DNA from: an uncultured Arcobacter sp.
Lineage (GTDB): Bacteria; Campylobacterota; Campylobacteria; Campylobacterales; Arcobacteraceae
NCBI GenBank assembly: GCA_965140705.1
Contig: OZ223300.1
Location: 576,001 to 640,000 of the forward strand
Direction: 5' to 3'
DNA length: 64,000 nt
A model generated the notes under the pieces. That model did not search any database, was not told the origin of the DNA, and saw only the letters and a list, made by a program, of their open reading frames with translations. The position numbers and the translations under genes were made by a program. Position 1 is the stretch's first letter, and each line of letters opens with the position of its first letter. Of this stretch, positions 30,013-41,408 are shown piece after piece.

Positions 30013-32253
30013 TTATTTTTTCCCATTAAATTCACTTTCATTTACATTTTCTACAACTTTATTTGCAATTTCATTTGTATCATTTGAGATTTTATTTGTC
30101 TCTTCAGCTACTTGGGCATTTTGTTGAGTAAATTTATCTAAATTGTTTATTGTTTCACTAATACTAATCATTGCTTCAGTTTGTTCTTTTGCTCCACTTG
30201 CAACATCATTAATGATTATATTTGTTTCATTTATTTTTTCTTCTAATTTTTCAAATCCAGCAATCATACTAGTACTAATTTCTTTACCTTCTAGGGTTTG
30301 TTGACTAGCTGATTCAACTAAATCTTTTATTTCCTTAGCTGCTTCTGCACTTCTTGAAGCTAAATTTCTCACTTCCTGTGCAACAACTGCAAATCCTTTT
30401 CCTGCTTCTCCTGCTGTTGCTGCTTCAACAGCTGCATTAAGTGATAGAATATTTGTTTGGAAAGCAATTTGATCAATTAAAGCAATTGATTCATTAATAG
30501 TTTGAACTTTTTCGTTTATTTGATCCATTGCTAAAACAGTTTTATTAGCAAGGTCTTTACCTAAACTTGATGACTCTTTAGTTTCAGAAGAGATTGTAAA
30601 CATATTTTGTGCTTTTTGGCTAGTTTGATTTACATTTGCTGTAACTTCTGTAACAGAAGCTGCCACTTCTTCCAATGAAGCTGCTTGATTTGTAGCATTT
30701 TTACTTAAGACAGTAACATTATTTGATAATTCACTTGCTGTATCTCTTAATTTTATTCCATCTTCTTGATTATTTAATAGCATATCTGTAATAATACTAT
30801 TCATTATTGCAATTTCGTAACCAATTTTACCATTAGTTTCTTTCTCAAGATTTTTAGTAAAATCTTTTTTTGCATATTGTTCTAAGACAGAACTTAATTC
30901 ATTTATATCTCTTCCTACAAACTCTTCTAAATTGTGTAGCATATTATTTATAAGATCTTTTAATTCATTTAAAGATGGAGTATTACTCGTAGCTTTAATT
31001 CTATTTGATAAAATTCCGTTACTTATATCATTTACTACATCTTTTACATTTGAAATCAGATTTTTGTCTTTTGTTAGATTAGTTTTTGTTGCTTCAATAT
31101 TTTCATTAATAACTTTTGCCATATTACCAATTTCATCATTACTATTAATATTGATATTTGAAACATCACTTTTTGTTTGATTTAGATATGCAAAAAAATC
31201 TAATAATCCGTTTTGAAAGTTTAACAAGGGTTTAGAAACCATTTTATTCATTAAAACATAAAGTACAACTTGTAAAAGTATAGTTAAAATAATTGTAGCT
31301 ATGATAAACATTATTTGAACTTTTTCTGCTATTGCTAAAAATTCATCTTCATTTGAACCTACTACAATAGTCCAATCCCATTTATCATAAGTAGTAAAGG
31401 CAGCAATCTTTTTCGTTGTTGTATTATTTTCAACATAGTTATAATGAATAACACCATTTTTCTTTTTTAGAATTTCTTGAATAAAGTTTTTATTATCTGC
31501 ATCTTTTAAATTAAATACATTTTTGCCTTCTAAAGATTTATGAAGAATTAAATTTCCTTTTTTATCAAGAATATAGATATATCCAGTATCCCCAATAATT
31601 ACTTTTTTTAACTCTTTTTTTAGTGTTTCTAAGCCTTTTGTGAAATCATATCCAATATATAAAGCTCCAATTATCTCATTATCTTTTATAATAGGTGAAT
31701 AAATAGACATATATGTTTTTCCAGCAATTTTTTCTAAGCCAACAAATTTCTCTTTATTCTCAATCTTTTTATAAATTTTCCCATTTGGGTCAATTTTATT
31801 TACTAAAATTCTTTCACCTTTTTCATCTAATATAGAAGATGAAATATTTGTATATTGATTTTCATCTTTAACATATACAGCAGAAATGGCACCTGTCAAT
31901 TCTTTAAATCGATCAACCCTTCCAAAAGATTTATTTAGCATTGCAAATCCATCATAAAGAGTTAATGTTTCAACACCATTTATTTTAATTTTATTTGTTC
32001 CTCTTTTTCTTAAGTTTAAAAAAGATTTTTCAAATACTTGAAAAAGTAATAGGGCATTTTCTTCTAGTGTATCATTATATATTTTTGTTGTTTGAAGATA
32101 ATCTCCCGCTTGAGATTGTAAATTTTTTTCTAAATCATTTATAATACTTGTTTTAATACTATTTGTCATCATAACAGTAAAAATAATCATTACTATTATA
32201 AGAGTAATTCCAATTAAAATTGAAAACTTTTTATTTATTGAGTTATTAATCAT
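30013..32253 (-). CDS. Methyl-accepting chemotaxis protein with tandem Cache domains
   Basis: Two TM segments, Cache motifs (GYIYILD, WDW) and the [17 protein letters not shown] hairpin. Confidence 0.93.
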   Translation of the reverse strand: MINNSINKKFSILIGITLIIVMIIFTVMMTNSIKTSIINDLEKNLQSQAGDYLQTTKIYNDTLEENALLLFQVFEKSFLNLRKRGTNKIKINGVETLTLYDGFAMLNKSFGRVDRFKELTGAISAVYVKDENQYTNISSSILDEKGERILVNKIDPNGKIYKKIENKEKFVGLEKIAGKTYMSIYSPIIKDNEIIGALYIGYDFTKGLETLKKELKKVIIGDTGYIYILDKKGNLILHKSLEGKNVFNLKDADNKNFIQEILKKKNGVIHYNYVENNTTTKKIAAFTTYDKWDWTIVVGSNEDEFLAIAEKVQIMFIIATIILTILLQVVLYVLMNKMVSKPLLNFQNGLLDFFAYLNQTKSDVSNININSNDEIGNMAKVINENIEATKTNLTKDKNLISNVKDVVNDISNGILSNRIKATSNTPSLNELKDLINNMLHNLEEFVGRDINELSSVLEQYAKKDFTKNLEKETNGKIGYEIAIMNSIITDMLLNNQEDGIKLRDTASELSNNVTVLSKNATNQAASLEEVAASVTEVTANVNQTSQKAQNMFTISSETKESSSLGKDLANKTVLAMDQINEKVQTINESIALIDQIAFQTNILSLNAAVEAATAGEAGKGFAVVAQEVRNLASRSAEAAKEIKDLVESASQQTLEGKEISTSMIAGFEKLEEKINETNIIINDVASGAKEQTEAMISISETINNLDKFTQQNAQVAEETNKISNDTNEIANKVVENVNESEFNGKK

Positions 32254-32410
32254 TATATTCCTTATTTTGTATATTAAATTTTATAGTTAAAAAAGTTTTC
32301 TTAAGAGTATTTATTTGTATTTAAACTAAGAATAGAATATTCTTTAGTTGTTTTAAGAAGATAATAGATAATCATTAGCATAATCCTAATATTGAAAACT
32401 TAAAAAGTAG

Positions 32411-33025
32411 TTATGCCTTAATAATTAAAGCGCCACCAGCTGTAATCATTACACTACCAGCTGCAATATTCATTTTTCTTTTTGCACTTTTACTTTTAAA
32501 TAAACTTCTTGCTCCACTTGCACTATAGGCATAAAAAAGTAAGACACAAGCAATTACAAGAGCCGTAACTAATGATATAATAACAATATCAAGTGTGCTT
32601 AAAGTAGTTAAATTTACAAAAGTAGGTAAAAATCCTAAATAAAAAAGTATAACTTTTGGATTGCTTAGTGTTATTAAAAGTCCTGTTATAAAGTTCTTTT
32701 TCCATGACAATTCATGTACGCCTTTTACATCGGTCTGCTTTTCCTTTGAAGTTAAAATTTTATAACCTAAGAAAAGAAGGTATATTCCACCTAAATATTT
32801 TACAAGTATAAAAAAATCACCCATTACAGATGCAATTGCACTTAGTCCGAAAATTGCTGATAATAAAAAAATTAAATCACCAAGTATGATTCCAAATACT
32901 ACAAAAGTAGCATTTGAAAAGCCTGAAGCTAATGCTCTAGAGACTGTAGCAAAGACTCCAGGTCCTGGAGTAATTGCCAATAAAAACATAGCTCCTGCAA
33001 ATGCAAATATATTTAATAGGCTCAT
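32411..33025 (-). CDS. LysE/RhtB-family amino-acid exporter
   Basis: AITPGPG, GGIYLLFLG and LSNPK motifs. Confidence 0.88.
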   Translation of the reverse strand: MSLLNIFAFAGAMFLLAITPGPGVFATVSRALASGFSNATFVVFGIILGDLIFLLSAIFGLSAIASVMGDFFILVKYLGGIYLLFLGYKILTSKEKQTDVKGVHELSWKKNFITGLLITLSNPKVILFYLGFLPTFVNLTTLSTLDIVIISLVTALVIACVLLFYAYSASGARSLFKSKSAKRKMNIAAGSVMITAGGALIIKA

Positions 33026-33037
33026 TTTTATCCTTTT

Positions 33038-33784
33038 TTAGTGATCTAAAATTTGCTCTAAAAACTGTTTTAATCTATCAGATTGAGGATTATCAAAAAA
33101 TTCAGTTGGAGTATTTTCTTCAACTATTTGTCCTGCATCCATAAATATAACTCTATCAGCAACTTTTTTTGCAAATCCCATCTCATGAGTTACACAAACC
33201 ATAGTAATCCCATCATCTGCAAGTTCTGTCATTACATCTAGAACTTCTCCAATCATTTCTGGATCTAGGGCAGAGGTTGGTTCATCAAATAACATTATGT
33301 CAGGATTAATGCATAAACATCTTGCTATTGCAACCCTTTGTTGTTGTCCACCAGATAATTGATTTGGATATTTATGCGCTTGTTCTGCAATTTTTACTCT
33401 TTCTAAGTAATGCATTGCTGTCTCTATTGCTTGTTTTCTTGGAGTTTTTGATACCCAAGTTGGAGCCAAAATAAGATTTTCTAAAATCGAAAGATGCGGG
33501 AAAAGATTAAAATGTTGGAATACCATTCCCACATGAGTTCTTATCTCTCTAATTCTTTTCACATCTTCTGTTAACTCTAATCCAGCAACATACATTTCAC
33601 CTTCTTGAAAGGCTTCTAGTCTATTCATACATCTAATTGTTGTAGATTTACCAGAACCAGAAGGTCCACAAATAACGATTCTCTCGCCTTTTTTTACTCT
33701 TAAATTAATGTCTTTTAGTACATGGAAATCTCCATACCATTTATTAACATTAGTCATCTCTATCATATAATCTAAATTACTCAT
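33038..33784 (-). CDS. aapP: General L-amino acid ABC transporter ATPase
   Basis: [16 protein letters not shown] and [11 protein letters not shown] motifs; operon context. Confidence 0.85.
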   Translation of the reverse strand: MSNLDYMIEMTNVNKWYGDFHVLKDINLRVKKGERIVICGPSGSGKSTTIRCMNRLEAFQEGEMYVAGLELTEDVKRIREIRTHVGMVFQHFNLFPHLSILENLILAPTWVSKTPRKQAIETAMHYLERVKIAEQAHKYPNQLSGGQQQRVAIARCLCINPDIMLFDEPTSALDPEMIGEVLDVMTELADDGITMVCVTHEMGFAKKVADRVIFMDAGQIVEENTPTEFFDNPQSDRLKQFLEQILDH

Positions 33785-33799
33785 AATCTTTTCCTATTT

Positions 33800-34879
33800 T
33801 TATTTATGATCTGTATTAAATCTGTTTTCTACTGATTGTGCATATTTCGACATACTGAAACAGATTACCCAATAAATCATGGTTACAAAAACATAACCTT
33901 CAGTTTCAAATCCTAACCAATGTGGATCTGATGTTGTTAATGTTACCATTGCTAAAACATCAAATAATCCAATAATCAATACAAGTGTTGTATCTTTAAA
34001 TAAAGCAACAAATGATCCAACGATATTAGGAATTGATATTTTTAGTGCTTGGGGTAAAATAACTAGTCCCATTGCTTGCCAATATGAAAGCCCAATTGAA
34101 TCTGCTGCTTCATATTGTCCTTTAGGAATCGCTTGTAATCCACCTCTTACAACTTCTGCAAGATATGCAGCTTGGAAAAGAGTAACACCTATTAATGCCC
34201 TTAATAACTTATCAAAAGTTACACCTTCAGGGAAAAATAAAGGAAGAATTACAGATGACATGAATAATAGAGTAATTAAAGGTACACCTCTAATAAATTC
34301 AATATATAAAATACTTATGGTTTTTATAATAGGCATTTTAGATTGTCGTCCAAGGGCAAATATAATACCTATAGGAAAAGAGACTACGATACCAACTGAT
34401 GCTACAACTATAGTAAGCATCAATCCACCCCATTTCGTTGTTGGAACAACTTCTAATCCTAATCCACCATGAATTAAGATAAATGAAACAATAGGGAATA
34501 AAATAAGTATAGCTGCTCTTACTTTTATGTGTTTAATTTTTCTAAATACTATTATTGAAGCTACAAATAAACCTAAAATAAGATTAGGTCTCCAGTATAA
34601 GTTTTCTGGATAAAAACCATACATAAATTGATCGAATTTTTCATAAATAAAAATCCATCTTGCACCATGTTTTGTTATCTCTTCTTTTGTACCAGTCCAT
34701 GTTGCATCAAAAATCATCCAATTTAATAATGGTGGAATGATGTAATAAAGTAATACAAGAGATAAAATAGTTAAAATTGAACTAACTGGTGATGGAAAAA
34801 GATTCTCTTTTATCCACTTAATAGGTCCACTTACTCCTAAAGGAGCTGGTCTTGTTTCTAGTTTTTCATAAATTGCCAT
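33800..34879 (-). CDS. aapM: General L-amino acid ABC transporter permease
   Basis: WGGLMLT, IRGVPLI and EVVRGGLQAIPKGQ motifs. Confidence 0.85.
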   Translation of the reverse strand: MAIYEKLETRPAPLGVSGPIKWIKENLFPSPVSSILTILSLVLLYYIIPPLLNWMIFDATWTGTKEEITKHGARWIFIYEKFDQFMYGFYPENLYWRPNLILGLFVASIIVFRKIKHIKVRAAILILFPIVSFILIHGGLGLEVVPTTKWGGLMLTIVVASVGIVVSFPIGIIFALGRQSKMPIIKTISILYIEFIRGVPLITLLFMSSVILPLFFPEGVTFDKLLRALIGVTLFQAAYLAEVVRGGLQAIPKGQYEAADSIGLSYWQAMGLVILPQALKISIPNIVGSFVALFKDTTLVLIIGLFDVLAMVTLTTSDPHWLGFETEGYVFVTMIYWVICFSMSKYAQSVENRFNTDHK

Positions 34880-36060
34880 TATCTCTCCTTTATTTGTATT
34901 TTTGCATTAATAAAATTCATAATAATAGATATGAATATACTAATTGATAAATATACAGCCATTGTCATTAAGATTATTTCTATAGCTTGCCCAACTTGAT
35001 TTAATGCAGTTCCTGCAAATAATGTTACAAGTTCTGGATATCCAATTGCTGTTGCAAGTGATGAGTTTTTCATTAAATTTAAATATTGATTAATAACTGG
35101 AGGAATAATAACTCTTAATGCTTGAGGCAGTACAACTTTTCTTAGGATAATATGATTTTTTAATCCTAAGGAATTTGCTGCTTCTTTTTGTCCTTTTGGA
35201 ACAGCTTCAATACCTGCTCTTACAGCTTCTGCAATATATGTAGCTGGATAAATACTAAGTGCAAAAGATAAAGCTAAAAGTTCAGGAGTAAGTGTCCAAC
35301 CTCCAACAAAGTTGAATCCTTTTAGTTGTGCATATTCTAATGTTGCAGGAGAACCACTAACAAAATAAACTAAAACTGGACTAGCTATTAAAATAACTAA
35401 AGAAGTCCAAAAAACTGGAAACTCTTCACCTGTTTCATCATGTTTTTTCTTTGCCCATTTTGCAAGATAAATAACCGCTGCAATTGCAATAAAAAATGCA
35501 ATAATAACAGATATAAAACCACTTTCTAAAATGGGTCTAGGGATATATAATCCTCTATTATTTAAGAAAAAAGCATCCATGTAAGACATTGATTGTCTGG
35601 GACTTGGGAGTGCGGCTAATACAACATTATACCAAAATAGTATTTGTAAGAGTATTGGAATATTTCTAAATGTTTCTACATATACTAAACATAGTTTAGA
35701 AATCATAAAGTTTTTTGATAATCTACCAATTCCAATTAACAATCCAATGATTGTAGAGAAGAAAATACCAATTCCTGAAACTAAAAGTGTATTTAAAATA
35801 CCTATGATAAATACTCTTAGATATGTATCTGATTCTGTATATGGAATTAGTGTTGATATGATACCAAACCCAGCTTCATTACCTAAAAAGTCAAATCCTG
35901 TATTAATCCCACGTTTTTCAATGTTAATAAACATATTGTGTAAGACATAATATGTAAATAGAAAAATAGCAGCAAGAGCTAATATTTGATAAATAATTGC
36001 TCTAATTTTTGGGTTATTGTAAAAAGCGACGCCTTTTACCATTTTTTTGTGTTCTTTCAT
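34879..36060 (-). CDS. aapQ: General L-amino acid ABC transporter permease
   Basis: GFDFL...AGF, FRNIP and KNSSLATAIGYP motifs. Confidence 0.85.
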   Translation of the reverse strand: MKEHKKMVKGVAFYNNPKIRAIIYQILALAAIFLFTYYVLHNMFINIEKRGINTGFDFLGNEAGFGIISTLIPYTESDTYLRVFIIGILNTLLVSGIGIFFSTIIGLLIGIGRLSKNFMISKLCLVYVETFRNIPILLQILFWYNVVLAALPSPRQSMSYMDAFFLNNRGLYIPRPILESGFISVIIAFFIAIAAVIYLAKWAKKKHDETGEEFPVFWTSLVILIASPVLVYFVSGSPATLEYAQLKGFNFVGGWTLTPELLALSFALSIYPATYIAEAVRAGIEAVPKGQKEAANSLGLKNHIILRKVVLPQALRVIIPPVINQYLNLMKNSSLATAIGYPELVTLFAGTALNQVGQAIEIILMTMAVYLSISIFISIIMNFINAKIQIKER

Positions 36061-36077
36061 TCTTTCACCTTATAATT

Positions 36078-36108
36078 AAAAAAGGGGAAGTTTTTCTTCC
36101 CCTTTTTT
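36078..36108 (-). terminator. Hairpin between aapJ and aapQ (terminator or mRNA stabiliser)
   Basis: AAAAAAGGGGAAG-ttttt-CTTCCCCTTTTTT inverted repeat. Confidence 0.75.
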
Positions 36109-36144
36109 GCTATTAAATAATTTTTTAAGTGTAAATACTTATTA

Positions 36145-37161
36145 TTATCTAATAGGTGCCCCATATTGTAGCCCACCATTTTTCCATAGTGCATTTAATC
36201 CTCTTTCAATTTTTAAAGGAGAACTTTGACCAACATTTCTTTCGAATGACTCACCATAATTTCCAACTTGTTTGATTATGTTATATGCCCATTTTGGATC
36301 TAATCCTAAGTTTTTACCAATATCACCAGTAACACCTAATAATCTTTGGATATTTGGATTTGTACTTTTTAACATTTCATCTACATTTTTAGAATTAACA
36401 CCTAAGTCTTCTGCATTTAACATTGCAATTTCAGTCCATTTAACGATATTGAACCATTTATCATCACCTTGTCTTACAACTGGACCTAAAGGCTCTTTTG
36501 AAATAATTTCAGGAAGTACTATTGCAGAACTTGGATTTTTTAATTGAGTTCTTAATGCGTATAATTGAGATGAATCAGAAGTTAAAGCATCACATCTACC
36601 TTCTTCAAAACCTTGAATTGTTTGTGCTGATGTATCATAAGTAATTGGAGTATATTTCATGTTATGTGATTTGAAGTAATCTGTTAAATTAAGCTCAGTC
36701 GTTGTACCAGCTTGGATACAAAAAGTTGCTCCATCTAATTCTTTTGCAGATTTAACACCCAATTTTTTTGATACTAGGAAACCTTGACCATCATAGTAAT
36801 TTACACCTGTAAAGTTTAAACCTAATGAAGTATCTCTTGTAGCTGTCCAAGTAGTATTTCTAGCTAGTACATCAATTTCACCACTTTGTAGTGCAGTAAA
36901 TCTCTCTTTTGCATTTAAATGAGCATATTTAACTTTTGTTGCATCACCTAATACAGCAGCAGCAACTGCTCTACAAACATCAACATCAATACCTTTCCAA
37001 ACCCCATTTGAATCAGGAGCAGCAAAACCTGGAAGACCAGTGTTTAAACCACAACTTAATTTCCCATTTTTGATAGTAGTATCTAATGTATCTGCAGATG
37101 ATACAGTCGATGCAATCGCTAGTGCTGCAACACTTAAAGATAGTGTCTTTAATAGTTTCAT
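36145..37161 (-). CDS. aapJ: General L-amino acid ABC transporter substrate-binding protein
   Basis: Signal peptide; RFTALQSGEIDVL.RNTTWT, ISKEPLGP and VGNYGE motifs. Confidence 0.9.
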   Translation of the reverse strand: MKLLKTLSLSVAALAIASTVSSADTLDTTIKNGKLSCGLNTGLPGFAAPDSNGVWKGIDVDVCRAVAAAVLGDATKVKYAHLNAKERFTALQSGEIDVLARNTTWTATRDTSLGLNFTGVNYYDGQGFLVSKKLGVKSAKELDGATFCIQAGTTTELNLTDYFKSHNMKYTPITYDTSAQTIQGFEEGRCDALTSDSSQLYALRTQLKNPSSAIVLPEIISKEPLGPVVRQGDDKWFNIVKWTEIAMLNAEDLGVNSKNVDEMLKSTNPNIQRLLGVTGDIGKNLGLDPKWAYNIIKQVGNYGESFERNVGQSSPLKIERGLNALWKNGGLQYGAPIR

Positions 37162-37369
37162 TTTTAATCCTTTTGTTTAGTGTAAATTGAAATTTAATTC
37201 ATAAAAAATTTTACTAGAATTGAATAGCAATAGAGTAGCAAAGCTGTATATTTTTTAACCACTTTTAATAATTTGTTAAGTTTTTTAATTTTATTTAAAA
37301 TAAATATCTGTGAAAAATGGTTTTATTTTAGTAAGTTTAGAAGAAATGAGAAGATAAAAAGTAGTAAAT

Positions 37370-37753
37370 TTACTTTTTATCTTCTAAATGTTTTGAGAAA
37401 CTATATAAGTCTTTTTTCTTTAAATCTCCATTATAAACAATTTCATTTGGATTAATATTGTCATCTTTTAATATATTTGGAACAGCATCCGCATTATTTA
37501 GAACTTTTATATTTTCATCTAGCTCATCTTCACTATAAGCCATTTGCATATCAGCACTTATGACATGAGGAATTGCTTCTATTACTCTTAACTTTTCTAA
37601 CTCCTCTTTTACACTATTACCTTCAATAGTGATGATAACTCTTCCTTTTTCATCATGCATATGATAATCACAAGCTTTACAGTTTTTTAAATCCTCTATG
37701 ACTTGCTCTAAATATTTTGGTAGTGTTTGAACTACTATACTTGAAATGTTCAT
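37370..37753 (-). CDS. napD: NapA maturation chaperone
   Basis: MNISSIVV and GRVIITIE motifs; last gene of the nap operon. Confidence 0.88.
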   Translation of the reverse strand: MNISSIVVQTLPKYLEQVIEDLKNCKACDYHMHDEKGRVIITIEGNSVKEELEKLRVIEAIPHVISADMQMAYSEDELDENIKVLNNADAVPNILKDDNINPNEIVYNGDLKKKDLYSFSKHLEDKK

Positions 37754-37754
37754 T

Positions 37755-38705
37755 TTATTCCTTTATTTTGTAATAGTTTATTTTATCATCGTCACTTGCT
37801 ACTAAAATTTTATTATCATTTATAAATAAAATTTTACTAAGTGTCATTTTATTTTCTTTTAATTGATATAAATCTTTTTTTGATGAAGTGTCAAAAATAG
37901 CTACATCATTGTTTTCATTAGATGAATAAGCTGCTAATTTTCCATTTGAGTTTAAAGCACAAGAATATATCAAAAAATTTGATTCTTTATAATATGTATC
38001 ATTTTTTGAATAAAATACAGCTCTTCTATCTTGTCCTGCTGTTATTATTTTGCCATTTTTATAATCTACTTGAAAGACATTATCTAAATTTTTGCCTTTA
38101 TAAGTTTTTACTAAATCTCCTGTTTTTACACTACATAGTTTTAAGTTTCCACTTTCATCTGCAATTAAAATCTCCTTTTTATTTTTACTTAGTGAAAAAT
38201 AAGAAAATCTTGATTGACTTATTTGTTTATTGTATATAATTTTTTTCTTATTCATATTATATAAGAGTAATTCATTACTTAAAAGTGAAAATATAATTTC
38301 TTTTTCGTTTATAAATTTAGCCTGTGCAATAAACAAATGCTTTTCATCAGAAATGATATTTCTCAGTTCCCCATTTTCGAAGATGTCAATTTTTCTTGCA
38401 CCTTTTTTCCCTTGGGATAAAATTAAAACTTTATTGTTTAATACATCAATAGAGTATATTTTACTATTACTAATTTCTCCCATAAAGTTTTTTATTTGTG
38501 GAATTGTGATATTTGAAATTGGTTTGAAATTTTTTAAGTTAAAGATATTTATTATCCCAGCATTTGTTGAAACAAATAATTTATTATCATTTATTACTAA
38601 ATCAGTTGCTCCAGCACTTATATTCAGTGTTTTTGTTGGCATTATTTCCTTTGCATTTAAAAAAGATATCATAAAAAGTATAAGTAAAATTCTTAGAGTA
38701 TTCAT
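37755..38705 (-). CDS. napL: Periplasmic WD40-like nap accessory protein
   Basis: Signal peptide from ATG 38705, beta-propeller-type repeats, position between napF and napD. Confidence 0.8.
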   Translation of the reverse strand: MNTLRILLILFMISFLNAKEIMPTKTLNISAGATDLVINDNKLFVSTNAGIINIFNLKNFKPISNITIPQIKNFMGEISNSKIYSIDVLNNKVLILSQGKKGARKIDIFENGELRNIISDEKHLFIAQAKFINEKEIIFSLLSNELLLYNMNKKKIIYNKQISQSRFSYFSLSKNKKEILIADESGNLKLCSVKTGDLVKTYKGKNLDNVFQVDYKNGKIITAGQDRRAVFYSKNDTYYKESNFLIYSCALNSNGKLAAYSSNENNDVAIFDTSSKKDLYQLKENKMTLSKILFINDNKILVASDDDKINYYKIKE

Positions 38706-38707
38706 TC

Positions 38708-39184
38708 TTATCCTATTTTTATCGCATTTGTTGGGCAAACTTTTAAACAAAATCCACAAGAAGTACAATTTTCATTTATTTGGGGTCTAAACATTCCTAA
38801 AAATTTTATAGCATCATCAAGACAAGGGTCTTTGCAAGAAAAACACATGGTTTGATTCCAACTTAGACATTCTAAAATATTTATTTCTATTTTTGCAGAG
38901 ATGTCTTTTTTGTATTCGAGTTTTAAAACTTCACTTGGACAAATTTTTGCACATTCATCACAAAAAGTACAACCACTATTTTCAAAATCTAGTTTTGGAG
39001 TCTTATCTTTTTGTATTACTATTATATTTACTTCACAAGAGTTGGCACATAATCCTTCACATTTAATACACTCACTTAAAAAGAGTGCTTCATTATTATA
39101 ATATGGTGGACGAATTACTTTCTCTTGCTTTTCATTATTTTTAAATGATGAAGCAAGAGAGCTAAATAGCTCTCTTCTTTTCAT
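38708..39184 (-). CDS. napF: Ferredoxin-type protein NapF
   Basis: RRELF, IRPP and several CxxCxxCxxxC motifs. Confidence 0.88.
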   Translation of the reverse strand: MKRRELFSSLASSFKNNEKQEKVIRPPYYNNEALFLSECIKCEGLCANSCEVNIIVIQKDKTPKLDFENSGCTFCDECAKICPSEVLKLEYKKDISAKIEINILECLSWNQTMCFSCKDPCLDDAIKFLGMFRPQINENCTSCGFCLKVCPTNAIKIG

Positions 39185-39187
39185 AAT

Positions 39188-39796
39188 TTATTTTACACCT
39201 TCATCTATATTTTTGATTAGATTTGATGAATTTTTTTCACCTTTTTCTCTAAAGTCTGCTTTGAAGTTATTTCCAACAACTAATTTTGTATCTGATTGAG
39301 GAACATGGCATTGGCTACAGTTAAATCTTGCTCCTGCTAAATGTCCTAAGCTTTTTTGTGCTGGAAGTTTCAAATCACTTGTATTTACAATTATTTTACC
39401 ATCTTTTTCAATTCTACCACTTTGAGATAAAGAAGTTTTAGGTCTAAAATCTATAAGGTGTGTTTTTGGTACAGGAACTGCTCCCATAGAAGCAGCAACT
39501 GCTGGATCATGACACATAATACATTGATTATTATTTATAGTTATTGGTAACATTCCTTCCACATCATGGGGAATCATAGGTGGAGCATTTTCAAATGCTC
39601 TATCAATTTTTGTTGATGTTCCAGCTGGGGTTTTTGTATAATCCGTTTTGTCTGGAACAGTACTCTTTTCAGTATAAATATCTGCTTTTCTCAATCCTAA
39701 AGACTCTTCTGAATAAGTTTTTTGAGCAATAGCACAACCTGTAACAAATATCGCAGTTATTGTTGCTAATCCTAAAGTTATTTTAGTAATTTTCAT
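39188..39796 (-). CDS. napB: Di-haem cytochrome c subunit NapB
   Basis: APPMIPH plus two CxxCH motifs (CIMCH, CSQCH); signal peptide from ATG 39796. Confidence 0.93.
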   Translation of the reverse strand: MKITKITLGLATITAIFVTGCAIAQKTYSEESLGLRKADIYTEKSTVPDKTDYTKTPAGTSTKIDRAFENAPPMIPHDVEGMLPITINNNQCIMCHDPAVAASMGAVPVPKTHLIDFRPKTSLSQSGRIEKDGKIIVNTSDLKLPAQKSLGHLAGARFNCSQCHVPQSDTKLVVGNNFKADFREKGEKNSSNLIKNIDEGVK

Positions 39797-40622
39797 TTTT
39801 TTTCTCCTGTTTTTTTGCAAATCTATTGATTATTGAAAAATTTAAAGCCTCATCTTCACAAACTTCAATACATCTAGCACAATTAGTACACTCACCTGAA
39901 AGAACTGGAAGTGATTCTTTTCCTATCATTGATAAAACCTGATTCTCATGGCATACTTCTTTACACTTCATACATTCAGTGCATTTAATATGGTTATGAG
40001 TAACTCTTAAAAAGCTATATTTACCTACAAGTGAATAAAATCCACCAAGAGGACAAATATGACCACACCATCCATTTTTTAAAACAAAAAGGTCAAAAAG
40101 AAAAATGATAAGTATCGCAGCCCAACCAAATCCAAGGCCAAAAACTAAACCTCTATGAACCATAGATATAGGTGAAATAAATTCAAAAGCACTTACACCT
40201 AAGATAGTTGATAGTATTAAACTTAGAGCTAAAACCCAATATCTAATATTTCTACTTGCAGGTTGTTTTTTTTGTATGGTGTCAAATCTTAATTTTCTTC
40301 TAATAAATGAACTTAAATCAGTTATTATATTAATAGGACAAACCCATGAACAAAAAACTCTTCCTCCAATAAAAAAATAAAACAGTGTTATAATAGTTGC
40401 ACCTATAATTATATTTGTTGAAATTAAAGCACCTGCAAAAATCATTTGTAAAACAGCAAGTGGATCACTTAAAGGAATTGTTCCAAATATTAAAGATGAA
40501 CTTAAATTACCTTGTAAAATAGTTAGTCCATAAATATTTGCAAGAATATATAAAGTCATAATTGATATTTGACTTACTCTTCTTAAAATAAGATATCGGT
40601 TTTTTAAAATCATTTTAATCAT
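39783..40622 (-). CDS. napH: Quinol dehydrogenase membrane subunit NapH
   Basis: FCSWVCP, WCGHICP and two ferredoxin motifs. Confidence 0.93.
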   Translation of the reverse strand: MIKMILKNRYLILRRVSQISIMTLYILANIYGLTILQGNLSSSLIFGTIPLSDPLAVLQMIFAGALISTNIIIGATIITLFYFFIGGRVFCSWVCPINIITDLSSFIRRKLRFDTIQKKQPASRNIRYWVLALSLILSTILGVSAFEFISPISMVHRGLVFGLGFGWAAILIIFLFDLFVLKNGWCGHICPLGGFYSLVGKYSFLRVTHNHIKCTECMKCKEVCHENQVLSMIGKESLPVLSGECTNCARCIEVCEDEALNFSIINRFAKKQEKKNENY

Positions 40623-41397
40623 CTAATAAATCCCCCATATCATTTAAAGAATCAATTGCCTTATCTTTACTTATTTTTGTTGTTGTTTTAATCTCTTTTG
40701 CATTTTTAACTCTTCTTTGATCTTTTTCATCCCAACCTTTTACATAATAATCGCCTGCTTTTCCTAAAGCAACTTCTCTGGGTAGAACAAAAATTGAAGC
40801 TTTTTGTGTAACACATGCTCTTTCACACAAGCCACATCCAGTACAAACATCTGTATGAACAACTGGTTTCATAAAAGAGTGTTTTCCTGTTCTCTCATTT
40901 TTTTCATACTCAATAGTAATAGCTTGACCTAATATTGGGCAGGCTCTATAACATGCATCACATTGTATACCCCAAAAAGCAATACAGCTTTGGCTATCCA
41001 CAATGGCAACACCCATTTGTGCACTATTGATATTCAGTTTTCCATTTGTAGTAACTAATTTTTCATCTAAGGCATTAGTTGGACAAACAGGAACACATGG
41101 GATATCTATACACATATAACAAGGTATTTCCCTTGGGTTAAAAAATGGTGTTCCAAGAGGTTTATTATCTCCTGGCTTTGCTAGTTTTAGAGTATCAAAA
41201 GGGCATGCTTCAACGCACAATCCACATTTGATACATGTTGATAAAAAATCTTTTTCTTTTAATGCACCTGGTGGTCTAAGTATTAATTTAGAGGCAGTTA
41301 ATTCATCAACATAAGCACTCCAAATTAAACCACTAAGGCATACAAGACCCACAGTTCTTGCACTTTTTAAAAGAAATTCTCTTCTATCATTATTCAT
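40615..41397 (-). CDS. napG: Ferredoxin-type protein NapG
   Basis: Tat motif RREFL, LRPPGA and four Cys clusters. Confidence 0.93.
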   Translation of the reverse strand: MNNDRREFLLKSARTVGLVCLSGLIWSAYVDELTASKLILRPPGALKEKDFLSTCIKCGLCVEACPFDTLKLAKPGDNKPLGTPFFNPREIPCYMCIDIPCVPVCPTNALDEKLVTTNGKLNINSAQMGVAIVDSQSCIAFWGIQCDACYRACPILGQAITIEYEKNERTGKHSFMKPVVHTDVCTGCGLCERACVTQKASIFVLPREVALGKAGDYYVKGWDEKDQRRVKNAKEIKTTTKISKDKAIDSLNDMGDLLDD

Positions 41398-41408
41398 TTT
41401 TTCTTCTT

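Noticed and set aside
37273..37455. 60-aa plus-strand ORF between aapJ and napD
   Set aside because: TTG start with no clear RBS, low complexity, and overlap with the 3' end of napD.
38230..38790. 186-aa plus-strand ORF and other short antisense ORFs (e.g. 5709-5993, 18735-19133, 48446-48889, 50037-50417, 60397-60714)
   Set aside because: They are shadows fully overlapping well-supported genes on the opposite strand and have no motifs.
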